Position numbers and translations under genes: made by a program
Notes under the pieces: model-generated
Seen by the model: the letters and a program-made list of their open reading frames with translations, nothing else
What the model was told of the DNA's origin: nothing
Database searches by the model: none
Shown here: piece after piece, positions 48,776 to 58,192 of the stretch
Position numbering within the stretch: position 1 is the first letter of the stretch
Layout of the letters: every line of letters begins with the position of its first letter
Source of the DNA: Candidatus Uhrbacteria bacterium GW2011_GWE2_46_68
GTDB taxonomy: Bacteria > Patescibacteriota > Patescibacteriia > UBA9934 > GWF2-40-263
DNA: 64,000 nt
Assembly: GCA_001002765.1 (NCBI GenBank)
Contig: LCMS01000010.1
Coordinates: 123-64,122, forward strand
Direction: 5' to 3'

Positions 48776-49119
48776 AGATCTTTTTTCGATGCATCCTCCT
48801 TTGCATTCAAAGCGATCATGCGTACAAGTTTTGTGATCTCGCGCTCCACTCCCTCAAGCCGCGCATATAAACGAAAAAGCAAATAAAATAAACTGACGAT
48901 GGCCAGATATATCACAACGTCCACTCCTCTTCCTACGCCGACCAACCGCGCGGCTATGTCTGTCGTTTGTGGCAATAAAACCATGACTCCCGCTCCGACC
49001 CAAACAATAACCCAGAGCAATGTCCAATGCACGGGAAGTTGGTGAGCGCGAAATTGTTTCATCGTGCGCAAAAGCGCAAAGACAAAAAAGAAAAGAAGAA
49101 AGATTTGAAGAAATGACAT
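48772..49119 (-). CDS. small membrane protein, DUF2304-like (GT2-associated)
   Basis: 115 aa, 3-4 TM helices. Motif TDIAARLVGVGRGVDVVIYL. Immediately between two GT2 genes, the usual context for DUF2304. Confidence 0.5.
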   Translation of the reverse strand: MSFLQIFLLFFFVFALLRTMKQFRAHQLPVHWTLLWVIVWVGAGVMVLLPQTTDIAARLVGVGRGVDVVIYLAIVSLFYLLFRLYARLEGVEREITKLVRMIALNAKEDASKKDL

Positions 49120-49125
49120 AAGGGT

Positions 49126-49788
49126 TTACATGAACCGGCGCAGAACCAATTTGCCCAAAGTTTTCAATCCGACAAAAAAATTCTGTCCTTTTGATAATGA
49201 ATATGTGGTGTAAATCGCACGGATGGGAATTTCCGCAAATCGCAACCGTTTTTGTTTTGCTTGCGCGATCAACTCGGAGGAAACCTCCATGCGATTAGTG
49301 CGTACCTCGATTTGTTCAAGTGCGCGTCGTGAAAATGCGCGAAATCCCGATTGGCTATCTGTGACCCACATCCCAAATAAAATAAAGGTGACGATATTTC
49401 CCAAAAAATTCGCGACTTGACGATACCAAGGCATTCCTGTGCGCGTGAGCATACGAGACCCTACGACCATTTCAGCCCCCTCCTCAAGAGCATCTACAAA
49501 ACGAGGAATTTCGGAGGGATCATGCTGTCCATCCGCATCCAAGGTAACGGCCACATCCGCATTCAAACGTTTTGCCACTTCCATCCCCGTACCGATCGCT
49601 GCTCCCAATCCACGATTCATTGAATGAGAAACCACGTATGCGCCACTCTCCTTGGCGATCTTTTTTGTTTCATCACTTGATCCATCATCAATCACAATCA
49701 CCCTATCCACAAACGGTTTGGTGCGTTTGATGACCTCCGCGATCGTTGTCGCTTCATTGTAAGCAGGTATCAAGGCGATCACACGCAT
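49126..49788 (-). CDS. glycosyltransferase family 2, dolichyl/polyprenyl-phosphate sugar synthase-like (DPM1-like)
   Basis: MRVIALIPAYNEATTI...VIVIDDGSSDET...LDADGQHDP. Confidence 0.75.
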   Translation of the reverse strand: MRVIALIPAYNEATTIAEVIKRTKPFVDRVIVIDDGSSDETKKIAKESGAYVVSHSMNRGLGAAIGTGMEVAKRLNADVAVTLDADGQHDPSEIPRFVDALEEGAEMVVGSRMLTRTGMPWYRQVANFLGNIVTFILFGMWVTDSQSGFRAFSRRALEQIEVRTNRMEVSSELIAQAKQKRLRFAEIPIRAIYTTYSLSKGQNFFVGLKTLGKLVLRRFM

Positions 49789-49791
49789 ACT

Positions 49792-50805
49792 CTAGGCTTC
49801 GGTCAAAAGAATGTTATTGGCTTTAAGATATTCAATCGTACGCGCCAATCCATCTTCCAAACGCACAAGGGGAATCCATCCCAATTGTTTCGCCTTCGTT
49901 GTACACGGCAAGGCAAGCTCGGACAAAAATACATAATTTTCTCCGGCCACAATCTTTGAAGAAGATCCAATCATGGCGATAATTTTCTTGGCAATATCTT
50001 CAAGACGCAAATCCACATCGCTTCCGATATTCACCGGGCCATCATAGGATGGCGACTTCATGAGACGTACAATACCGTCAGTGACGTCCGTGACATACAA
50101 AAGAGACGTACGAAAATCCAATCCTCCGTTGAGCACCAAATCTTTTCCATCGAGTGCGTTCAAAATAAAATCGGGAATCAAATGTCCGTCCGACAACGGC
50201 ATCCGCGGTCCATAGGTACGAAAAATGCGTGCGATACGGGTATCCAGTCCATAGACCTGACGGTACGTTTCAAACATGGTTTCGGCAAAACGCTTTCCTT
50301 CGTCATAACATGCACGTCCGGAAAGATGATCCACGCACCCGATTGCGCTTTCCTCGACAAACGGTTCTTCCTTTTGTCTCCCCCCATACACCACCGAACT
50401 GGAAGTCAATAAAATTTTTGCACGATAGGTGCGCGCCAATTCCAAAATAGAAGATGTGCCCACGGAATTTGCCAATAAGGTCTGAACTTTAAATTGATCA
50501 AAGCGGGCAATCGAGGTGGGACAAGCAAGATGATAAATTTCTTGAATACCTTGAAAAGGAATCTTAAATGCGGACAACTCTTGAAACATCTCCAAGTCAA
50601 ACGATGTGTTGATATCCTGTCGTAAAAAACGAAAAGCAGGATGTTGCAACAACGGATTGATATTGGCGGAGGAACTGGTGGAAAGATTATCGAGACAGAT
50701 AACCCGATGCCCCTCGCGGAGAAATTGTTCGCACAGATGGGAGCCGATAAATCCTGCACCTCCTGTGACAAGAATATTTTTTGTTTGCACGATTTGGTTG
50801 ATCAT
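49792..50805 (-). CDS. UDP-glucuronate decarboxylase / UDP-xylose synthase-like NAD-dependent epimerase/dehydratase
   Basis: ILVTGGAGFIGSHLCEQFLREGHRVICLDN. Catalytic YDEGKR (YxxxK). Start adjusted to the internal Met MINQIV (track 50916). Confidence 0.75.
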   Translation of the reverse strand: MINQIVQTKNILVTGGAGFIGSHLCEQFLREGHRVICLDNLSTSSSANINPLLQHPAFRFLRQDINTSFDLEMFQELSAFKIPFQGIQEIYHLACPTSIARFDQFKVQTLLANSVGTSSILELARTYRAKILLTSSSVVYGGRQKEEPFVEESAIGCVDHLSGRACYDEGKRFAETMFETYRQVYGLDTRIARIFRTYGPRMPLSDGHLIPDFILNALDGKDLVLNGGLDFRTSLLYVTDVTDGIVRLMKSPSYDGPVNIGSDVDLRLEDIAKKIIAMIGSSSKIVAGENYVFLSELALPCTTKAKQLGWIPLVRLEDGLARTIEYLKANNILLTEA

Positions 50806-50866
50806 AGGAAAAAAATTACAAGGTCTCACTTCAGTGTACGAGAAAAGAGACGCTCTCTCAATAGGT

Positions 50867-52924
50867 CTAATAGCTCCATGCCCCCACAAAAATACCACCA
50901 CGATCTTCCTCCACATCTGTAAAAAATGTACCGATCAAAGCGGCATGATCATTAAACACGCGAATATGCGGTCCACCTCCGGGTCCCGCAGCTGTGATAA
51001 TAGAAGCCGCGCCTTCCACTTCATCGCTCAAATTCCCCACCGCTACGCGCACCCCTCCGCGAAACGCTTCATCATAAGCAAAAAATGTTCCCATGTGTTG
51101 ACCGAAGCCCGTATAGATTTGCACATGGGGTCCTCCCCCTTGATCAGTTCCTGTGACAATTTCATCAAGTCCATCCCCATTGATATCTCCGGAAGAAACA
51201 TACACACCGTTACTATACGTTTGTGCATAGACAAGAAAGGAAGCGGTCTTTGTTCCGTCAGCTTTATACACATCAATCCACGGCTCGGTTCCCGGACCAT
51301 AACTCAAAATAATCTCATCACGTTTATCACCATCCATGTCCCCCGTGGCAACACGAACGGCCGCATCTTCGTAACGATCAACCGAAATCTGTGAGACTTC
51401 TTCACCTTCCTCATTAAACACACGCACCTCGCTCGATCCGCCCGCCTCGGTACTCACCACAATCTCCTCTTTTCCATCTTGATCCACATCCCCTGTCGCT
51501 ATATAGCATCCTGATGTCATTGTGTATTTGAACGCATCAAACCCTTTTTGCATAGTTCCATCTTGTTCAAACACGCGGATATCCGGTCCGCCTCCTGGCC
51601 CTGGAGCGGAAACAATTTCATCTTCTCCGTCCCCATCCACATCTCCCACAGCCACACGCACCCCACCCGTAAACGTAGAATCGTACGCAAGAAATTCTTT
51701 GAGCAAAACACCAGACTTTGCAAATACACGGATCAATGGCGGAGCACCTGCGGCCGGCACGACAATAATATTTGTGCTTGGAATAATGGTGACCTCATCC
51801 ACACTGACCGAAGAAACGGGCTCGGCAAAATTTGCCGCAATCTCAAACGCACGCTCCACATTCACACGCCCTGCCCCCATATCTGCGTGTTTAATCGGAC
51901 CCGACTCCACCACAGGATCCACGGATATTTTCAAAATAGTCTGTATCTCCCCCACAGTGAGACTGGGATAATAACTCCACAAAAGCGCGGCGGCCCCGGA
52001 AATCACAGGTGCGGCCAAAGAGGTTCCTGACCACTGCCCCATGTATTCTTCTTCATCAAACCCTTCCCAATCCTCATCAAAATAATAGGTGGAATAAAAA
52101 TTCTCTCCGGGTGCGGAAATATCCACACAGGTGGAACCATAATTGGAAAATATCGTCTTCTCATCCTCTGCATTTGTAGCCGCAACTCCCAGTACCCAAT
52201 CATCATCACTTTGACTTCCAAAACATGCGGGGTAGACGGGTTGTACATTTGTGTTTACACCACCCGAACTTAAATTACCGACCGCAGCGACCACCAAAAC
52301 ACCGGCCTCATACGCCTCGCGCACAGCTGCACGCAAACGGTTATCTGCGTCATACCCGGAAAAACTCAAATTAATGATCTTCGCCCCCTGTGCCACAGCA
52401 TACTCAATCGCCTCGGTTACATCTGTGGATAATCCGGCTCCATAATTATCCATCACGCGCAACGCCATAATTTTTGAATTCCAACTCATACCCGCCACCC
52501 CCTTGTCATTATCTGTCACAGCTGCAATGACACCTGCAATCATCGTGCCATGAGGAACCGAACCCTCATCAAACCCTTCTTCCACGTCCGGAGTAGGCGT
52601 TGCGTCTTCTCCCACAAAATCCCAACCATAGACATCATCAATATATCCATTGTCATCATTATCGATTCCGTCCCCCATTTTTTCTTCTTCATTAATCCAT
52701 ATATGCTCTTCCAAATCCTCGTGATCCAAATCCACACCTGTATCTAAAACCGCCACTATGATCTCATCGGATCCTGTCGTCGTATCCCACACGTTTGAAA
52801 CACCGATAAAATTCAAATACCATTGATCGAGATAATAAAAATCATTGGGCACTTGAGCGAAGACAGGATGTGCCACAAGAAAAAAAATCACAAGAAGAAA
52901 AAAACTTTTTTGAAAATACTTCAT
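50867..52924 (-). CDS. subtilisin-like serine peptidase (S8) with C-terminal FG-GAP/beta-propeller-like repeats
   Basis: Signal peptide. Asp region VAVLDTGVDLDHEDL, His region HGTMIAGVIAA and Ser region GTSLAAPVISGAAALL. The C-terminal 300 aa carry repeated GGxxxRVF...DG..DE units. Confidence 0.8.
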   Translation of the reverse strand: MKYFQKSFFLLVIFFLVAHPVFAQVPNDFYYLDQWYLNFIGVSNVWDTTTGSDEIIVAVLDTGVDLDHEDLEEHIWINEEEKMGDGIDNDDNGYIDDVYGWDFVGEDATPTPDVEEGFDEGSVPHGTMIAGVIAAVTDNDKGVAGMSWNSKIMALRVMDNYGAGLSTDVTEAIEYAVAQGAKIINLSFSGYDADNRLRAAVREAYEAGVLVVAAVGNLSSGGVNTNVQPVYPACFGSQSDDDWVLGVAATNAEDEKTIFSNYGSTCVDISAPGENFYSTYYFDEDWEGFDEEEYMGQWSGTSLAAPVISGAAALLWSYYPSLTVGEIQTILKISVDPVVESGPIKHADMGAGRVNVERAFEIAANFAEPVSSVSVDEVTIIPSTNIIVVPAAGAPPLIRVFAKSGVLLKEFLAYDSTFTGGVRVAVGDVDGDGEDEIVSAPGPGGGPDIRVFEQDGTMQKGFDAFKYTMTSGCYIATGDVDQDGKEEIVVSTEAGGSSEVRVFNEEGEEVSQISVDRYEDAAVRVATGDMDGDKRDEIILSYGPGTEPWIDVYKADGTKTASFLVYAQTYSNGVYVSSGDINGDGLDEIVTGTDQGGGPHVQIYTGFGQHMGTFFAYDEAFRGGVRVAVGNLSDEVEGAASIITAAGPGGGPHIRVFNDHAALIGTFFTDVEEDRGGIFVGAWSY

Positions 52925-52926
52925 AC

Positions 52927-55008
52927 TTATAATGCAATGGTTCCGCCGAAACGGGATGACTCATCTCCCACAAAAAATCCACCGATGACATCACCGTTTT
53001 TATTAAACACTCGGACATGCGGTCCTCCGCTTGAAACGGGAATCGTGTAAATTTCACTCTCCCCATTTTGATCAAGATCACCCACAACTGTCTGCACCCC
53101 GCCTAAAAAATCGATGGGATAGGTAATGAAAGATTGCTGCAGCGCTCCAAACGCATCATGCACAAACACGCGTGAAACCGTTCCCTGACCAAAAGAAATC
53201 ACAATATCATTGTGTCCGTCTCGATCCACGTCTCCCACGCTCACCAAACGCTCGCTTGTGTGTAACCCCAGAGGATCATCGAGCGTGGACACATACTTTC
53301 CTGTCCCTTCGTACACGCGCACAGCCCCCTCGCTCCCCCCCCGACAGACAACAAGTTCGTCCGCGCTATCCTCGTCCAAATTTCCAGCCTCCACACGAAC
53401 AGATGCGCTCGTCCGATCAAAAGGACTGAAAAATCCAATCAATACTCCATCTTTTGTAAAATAACGAACTTGTCCTGTTCCACCCTCATCTTGCGACACA
53501 ATAATTTCTTGCAATCCATCTCCATTGATATCCCCGGTTGTCACAAACAATCCCGATCGATCATCTTCATCAAAAGCAAAAAATTGTGAAAGCACTCGAC
53601 CACTTGGATCAAACACGCGCACCTGCGGACCTCCTCCCGGACCTGGTACTGTCACAATCTCTCCGTCTCCGTCCCCGTCGGTATCGGTAACGGTCATGCG
53701 CACTCCTCCCAAAAATGATTCCGCATAGGCGAAAAAAGAATGCAACACATCCCCATCTTTTGTTACCTCAAAAATCAACGGAGCAGATCCTGCACCTTGA
53801 GCAAAGATAAGCTGAGAAGAAAGATAACCATCAGTGACAACGCGACCCTCTCCTTTTTCCATCAATTGTCTGGACACATCCAAGGCACTGGCAATATCAA
53901 GACGACCATTTCCCATAGCTTGGCGCGCCAAAGCTGAAGATTCTTCCACAGGGTCAGCGGAAAGACGCAATAAGCGAATAATCTGCTCGGGTGTCAACGT
54001 GGGATAGGCGGCTTTCATGAGTGCAGCCGCTCCGGCAACTAAAGGAGCCGCGACCGATGTCCCCTCCCAAGGTCCGCCATAGGGAGTGGAAAGCAAAAGA
54101 TAATCCGGATCATGATACACCGTGCCGAGTATATCTATTCCCGGAGCGGAAATATCCACGCAACCTTTTCCATAATTGGAAAAAGAAACTTTCGCATCTG
54201 TGCGATCGGTTGCCCCAACCCCGATCACCATATTCTCGCTTTGAAATAAATCATAACAAGCGGGAAAAACCGGAGACAATAAAAGATCCGTGTTGTCATT
54301 TCCAACCGATGTGACAATCACAACCCCCTGGTCATACGCCCAACGAATGGTTTCCAAAAGTTGAGTGTCTTGTTGCGTGGTGGTAAAACTCAAATTGATG
54401 ACATCCGCGCCATTATCAACCGCGTAGCGAATCGCCTGACGCACATCATACGTATACCCTGTCCCATCGGTGTTCAAAATACGTAGTGGCATAATTTCCA
54501 CATCCCAAAGAATGCCCGCAATCCCTTTTCCATTATCTCCTACCGCACCGATAAGTCCTGCCACCAAAGTCCCGTGAGAAACAATGGTGTCGGAAAAATT
54601 TTCCGTGATCTCGGGAGAAGGGTTCCCATTCCCGCTCACAAAATCCCATCCATCATAATCATCTTCAAAACCATTGTGATCATTATCAATACCATCTTCG
54701 GGAATCTCATTTTCATTTTTCCAAAGATTGCCTTCCAAATCGGGATGATCCAGATCAATACCTGAATCGAGAACGGCTACAATGACATCGGAGGAACCTG
54801 TGGACATATCCCAAGATGCCGGGGAACGCAACGTTTCCAAATACCATTGTCCTGAATACAAAAAATCATTTGGCACCAAAGCCGCAGTAGTAAGAGGAAA
54901 AAAGAGAAAAATAACGCTTAAAATTGTGAGGATCTGTCGATACAGCCTTTGCATAACGATTCGTATTGTAGCTTGGGATGTCTTAATTGGAAACCTTGAC
55001 CGCTTCAC
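52927..55008 (-). CDS. subtilisin-like serine peptidase (S8) with C-terminal FG-GAP/beta-propeller-like repeats (tandem paralog)
   Basis: VAVLDSGIDLDHPDL, HGTLVAGLIGA, GTSVAAPLVAGAAALM. Same architecture as the upstream gene. Confidence 0.8.
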   Translation of the reverse strand: MKRSRFPIKTSQATIRIVMQRLYRQILTILSVIFLFFPLTTAALVPNDFLYSGQWYLETLRSPASWDMSTGSSDVIVAVLDSGIDLDHPDLEGNLWKNENEIPEDGIDNDHNGFEDDYDGWDFVSGNGNPSPEITENFSDTIVSHGTLVAGLIGAVGDNGKGIAGILWDVEIMPLRILNTDGTGYTYDVRQAIRYAVDNGADVINLSFTTTQQDTQLLETIRWAYDQGVVIVTSVGNDNTDLLLSPVFPACYDLFQSENMVIGVGATDRTDAKVSFSNYGKGCVDISAPGIDILGTVYHDPDYLLLSTPYGGPWEGTSVAAPLVAGAAALMKAAYPTLTPEQIIRLLRLSADPVEESSALARQAMGNGRLDIASALDVSRQLMEKGEGRVVTDGYLSSQLIFAQGAGSAPLIFEVTKDGDVLHSFFAYAESFLGGVRMTVTDTDGDGDGEIVTVPGPGGGPQVRVFDPSGRVLSQFFAFDEDDRSGLFVTTGDINGDGLQEIIVSQDEGGTGQVRYFTKDGVLIGFFSPFDRTSASVRVEAGNLDEDSADELVVCRGGSEGAVRVYEGTGKYVSTLDDPLGLHTSERLVSVGDVDRDGHNDIVISFGQGTVSRVFVHDAFGALQQSFITYPIDFLGGVQTVVGDLDQNGESEIYTIPVSSGGPHVRVFNKNGDVIGGFFVGDESSRFGGTIAL

Positions 55009-55586
55009 AATTCTTCATCAAAAATCCCCTCTGCGACATGCGATGCGGGATCGGAATTTTCATCATAAACCTCAAGGGTAATGATGACCCGGGTATAGCC
55101 ATTATAGGAAACTGCTTTCTCCGGTGCATCCCATTCCAAAACAAACTCACCAAGATCATTCGTTATCATTTCTCCGGCGGAAAAATAAGCGTAAGGAATT
55201 TGTTGCAAAAGCCACACCTCATAAAACTGTGATTCACGATCAATCATAGGGAGTGCTGTTTTGACGCGAAGATAATAGGCCCCGTCTTTTTCTCCGCGTC
55301 TCGCCTCTCCTATCTCCTCTCCCGTGCCAAGCCAATACAAAATCGCTTCACGACTTTGTATGTCCACGGCGCGTTCGATAAGCTCAACGGAAACAGGAGT
55401 GGGTGTGAGTACATCGGTGATTGAATCCACGATTTCTTCCGATGGAGCGGATTTGGAAGATCGAAACCAAGCGACCAAAACCACAAAAAGAACAACAAGC
55501 AATAACATAGCCACTCCTGTTCCAAGAATCGGCTTGAAACGCCACCGACGATGAGAGGATTGATGATAACCCGAAAAAAAACGCAT
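55005..55586 (-). CDS. hypothetical membrane-anchored protein
   Basis: 193 aa. Single N-terminal TM (VAMLLLVVLFVVLVAWF). Confidence 0.4.
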   Translation of the reverse strand: MRFFSGYHQSSHRRWRFKPILGTGVAMLLLVVLFVVLVAWFRSSKSAPSEEIVDSITDVLTPTPVSVELIERAVDIQSREAILYWLGTGEEIGEARRGEKDGAYYLRVKTALPMIDRESQFYEVWLLQQIPYAYFSAGEMITNDLGEFVLEWDAPEKAVSYNGYTRVIITLEVYDENSDPASHVAEGIFDEEL

Positions 55587-55591
55587 AGAGG

Positions 55592-56752
55592 TTAGATGAG
55601 AACCGAGGTGCGAATACCTCTATACCAATAAGTACCGTACCCTTCATCCAATATTGCCTCATGGCAATCTCTATCCCAATAGGCTAGAGGTAAGTAAAGA
55701 GCAAAAGGAAAAAAGGCCCCGATAAGATAGGATTGTTTTTCCATACCGTTTTTATAATCATCCATTGGTTGTCCCTTTTCTGTAAGGTGGGTCATAAAAG
55801 CAATGATCCAATCTTCGGGAGTAAGTCCTGTTTCACCATGATAGGGAGAGTTTTTATCACCTTGAGCTTTTTGAAGAATGGAAAGATATTCATTGGGAGA
55901 TTCTCCTGCTTCAAGAGGAGGTCGAGGGACAAAGTCTCCTTGGGGTGTTCCTTGGCCTTTGCGGGAAATGGAAGCAAAGCCCGGGGAATCTGAATCAGAA
56001 GGATTCGAGGGTTGGAAAAGATGAACAGTCCACCCTGGAAAGGAATCTTGATTGTCTTCTTGTTCTTTGAGTATCTGTGCTTTTGTCTTTCCTTGATGAC
56101 CTGTCAGATCAAAAGACTGTGGCTTGTAAACAAGGTTTGGGGAATCTCCTGTGTCTCCTCCCCACAATGCACAAAGAGATTCATGGGCATTGAGATTAAA
56201 AAAAGAATTCTTTTGTTTGTAAGCAATAAGAAATTGTTTGAGGGTTTCTTGGAGAGCATCAAGGCTCATCCCGAATGGAACAAGGAGGAGTTTGGTAAAA
56301 CCTTGGTCGTGTTTAGTAGAAAGTTCCTCGCGGCGTTCAAACAGACGCATGGCGACTTGTTCCAAGGTGGGGATGGAATAGGTATTACCATCTATGCCTA
56401 GGATAGCTCCTTCTTTGAGTATTCCTACTTCCTTAAGAAGGTTAAATTGAAAAGTGTATTGTTCACGAAGACTATAAAGACGTTCAATTTCTTGAAGATG
56501 TTCAGGGAATTTTTCTTTCTTTGGTTCCCCATTCTTAAGAAGATACTCAAAGCGTTCAAGAAGGAGAGCGAGTCGCTCAAGATCTGAAGTGGAGAGTTTG
56601 CTAGTAGCCTCGCGCAGGAGGTCAGGCTTACCAAGAGATTCTCTAGAAATCCCGTGAGCTTTTGTAAAATCAATAATCTCTTGTCGTAAAGTTTCAAAGT
56701 GTGCGCGATATTGTTCGGGCAAAGAATCACGGACACTTGAAACCGAATCCAT
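55592..56752 (-). CDS. multi-copy paralogous family member (386 aa; leader removed by deletion, starts at the conserved MDSVSS)
   Basis: Family N-domain and terminal motif GIRTSVLI. Upstream remnant MSLCGTKGDSVF* shows a deletion relative to the leader of the copy at 24287. Confidence 0.65.
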   Translation of the reverse strand: MDSVSSVRDSLPEQYRAHFETLRQEIIDFTKAHGISRESLGKPDLLREATSKLSTSDLERLALLLERFEYLLKNGEPKKEKFPEHLQEIERLYSLREQYTFQFNLLKEVGILKEGAILGIDGNTYSIPTLEQVAMRLFERREELSTKHDQGFTKLLLVPFGMSLDALQETLKQFLIAYKQKNSFFNLNAHESLCALWGGDTGDSPNLVYKPQSFDLTGHQGKTKAQILKEQEDNQDSFPGWTVHLFQPSNPSDSDSPGFASISRKGQGTPQGDFVPRPPLEAGESPNEYLSILQKAQGDKNSPYHGETGLTPEDWIIAFMTHLTEKGQPMDDYKNGMEKQSYLIGAFFPFALYLPLAYWDRDCHEAILDEGYGTYWYRGIRTSVLI

Positions 56753-56837
56753 GATGGCTTCGTGGAGAGTAGCGGATAAAGGAGGTTCAGAAGACAGAGT
56801 CCCCCTTCGTCCCGCAAAGAGACATAAATATCAAAGG

Positions 56838-58109
56838 TTAAACCACCACCGAAGACCGCAAACCAATGGCCCCAACCCGAGTACGAGGACCACCCCTGTC
56901 GAGGTTAGCCCGACAGCTATCACGGCTCCAAGACACGCAAGGCACACGGGAGGAGAAGCGAAAAAAAACTCCTGTAAGGTAAGAGATACTTTCTTTGTTT
57001 GTGGGATTCCATGCATCATCAAGAGGTTGTCCTGTTTCAGAAAGATGAATCATAAAAGCTGTGATCCAATCTTCGGGAGTCATGCCTGTTTCACCATGAT
57101 AGGGAGAGTCTTTGTCACCTTGAGCTTTTTGAAGAATGGAAAGATATCCATTGGGGATTTTACCTGCTTCAAGAGGAGGTCGATCCCTCCCTTCGCGAAG
57201 GGAGGGATGGGGTGTTCCTTGGCCTTCTCTGGGGATGGGAGCAAAGCCTTTGGGAGTTTCAGTGTCTTGTTCGTTCGGGTTTGATGGTTGAAGAAGATGA
57301 ACAGTCCAACCGGGGGTTCCCAATCCCTTCCCTCCTGCCACCCCTGCAAAGGCGGTCCCGCCTGTGGCGGATCCCGCCGTAGGCGGGAGGGTCCATCGTC
57401 CTTTGGCTTGTTCCTTAAGCATCTCCATCTTGGTCTTTCCTTGATGATCTTTCGGATCAAAAGACTGTGGATAGTAGACAATGTCTGGAAAATCTCCTAT
57501 GTCTGCTCTTTTATATCCTTCACCCGTCCAGAGAGGATCTTCGGTATCAAGATCAAATGAGGAGTGGGACTCTTTATATTTGAGTAGGAATTGTTTGAAG
57601 GTTTCTCGGAGAGTATCAAGGCTCATGCCAAAGGGAACAAGAAGAAGTTTGGTAAAGCCTTGGTCGTGTTTAGTCTCGAGAGTCTCACGGCGTTCAAACA
57701 GACGCATGGCGATTTGTTCCAAGGTGGGGATGGGATAAGTGTTACCGTCTATGCCTAGGATGGCTCCTTCTTTGAGGATGCCTACTTCTTTAAGAAGGTT
57801 AAATTGAAAAGTGTATTGTTCACGAAGATTGTAAAGACGCTCAACTTCTTGAAGATGTTTAGGGAGTTCTTCTTTCTTTGGTTCCCCATTCTTAAGCAGA
57901 TATTCAAAACGTTCAAGAAGGAGAGCGAGTCGTTCAAGATCTTGGGTAGAAAGTTTTTTTGTAGCCTCGCGCAGGAGGTTAGGCTTGCCAAGAGATTCTC
58001 TGGAAATCCCATGAACTTTTGTAAAATCAATGATCTCTTGTCGCAGAGTTTCAAAATGTGCGCGATATTGTTCAGGTAAAGAATCGCGAACACTTGAAAC
58101 AGAATCCAT
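56838..58109 (-). CDS. multi-copy paralogous family member (423 aa, starts at MDSVSS)
   Basis: Family N-domain. Insert with tandem palindromic units (TLPPTAGSATGGTAFAGVAGGKG). Terminal motif GLRSSVVV. A leader remnant without a start codon abuts the uvrD stop. Confidence 0.7.
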   Translation of the reverse strand: MDSVSSVRDSLPEQYRAHFETLRQEIIDFTKVHGISRESLGKPNLLREATKKLSTQDLERLALLLERFEYLLKNGEPKKEELPKHLQEVERLYNLREQYTFQFNLLKEVGILKEGAILGIDGNTYPIPTLEQIAMRLFERRETLETKHDQGFTKLLLVPFGMSLDTLRETFKQFLLKYKESHSSFDLDTEDPLWTGEGYKRADIGDFPDIVYYPQSFDPKDHQGKTKMEMLKEQAKGRWTLPPTAGSATGGTAFAGVAGGKGLGTPGWTVHLLQPSNPNEQDTETPKGFAPIPREGQGTPHPSLREGRDRPPLEAGKIPNGYLSILQKAQGDKDSPYHGETGMTPEDWITAFMIHLSETGQPLDDAWNPTNKESISYLTGVFFRFSSRVPCVSWSRDSCRANLDRGGPRTRVGAIGLRSSVVV

Positions 58110-58192
58110 GACGGCTTCGTGGAGAGTAGCGGATAAAGGAGGTTCAGAAGACAGAGTCCCCCTTCGTCCCGCCGTTGGCGGGACTTCGTTTA

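Noticed and set aside
50606-51394. 262-aa plus-strand ORF spanning the UXS / S8 protease junction.
   Set aside because: It is antisense to two well-supported minus-strand genes and its composition is Cys/Ser/Arg-rich and low-complexity.
58166-58184. GTCCCGCC-GTT-GGCGGGAC hairpin immediately after the uvrD stop, considered as a rho-independent terminator.
   Set aside because: On the transcribed (minus) strand it is followed by GAAGGGGGAC, not a U-tract. The same palindrome occurs inside coding sequence at 24215-24233. It is better explained as a palindromic insertion element in the paralog leader.
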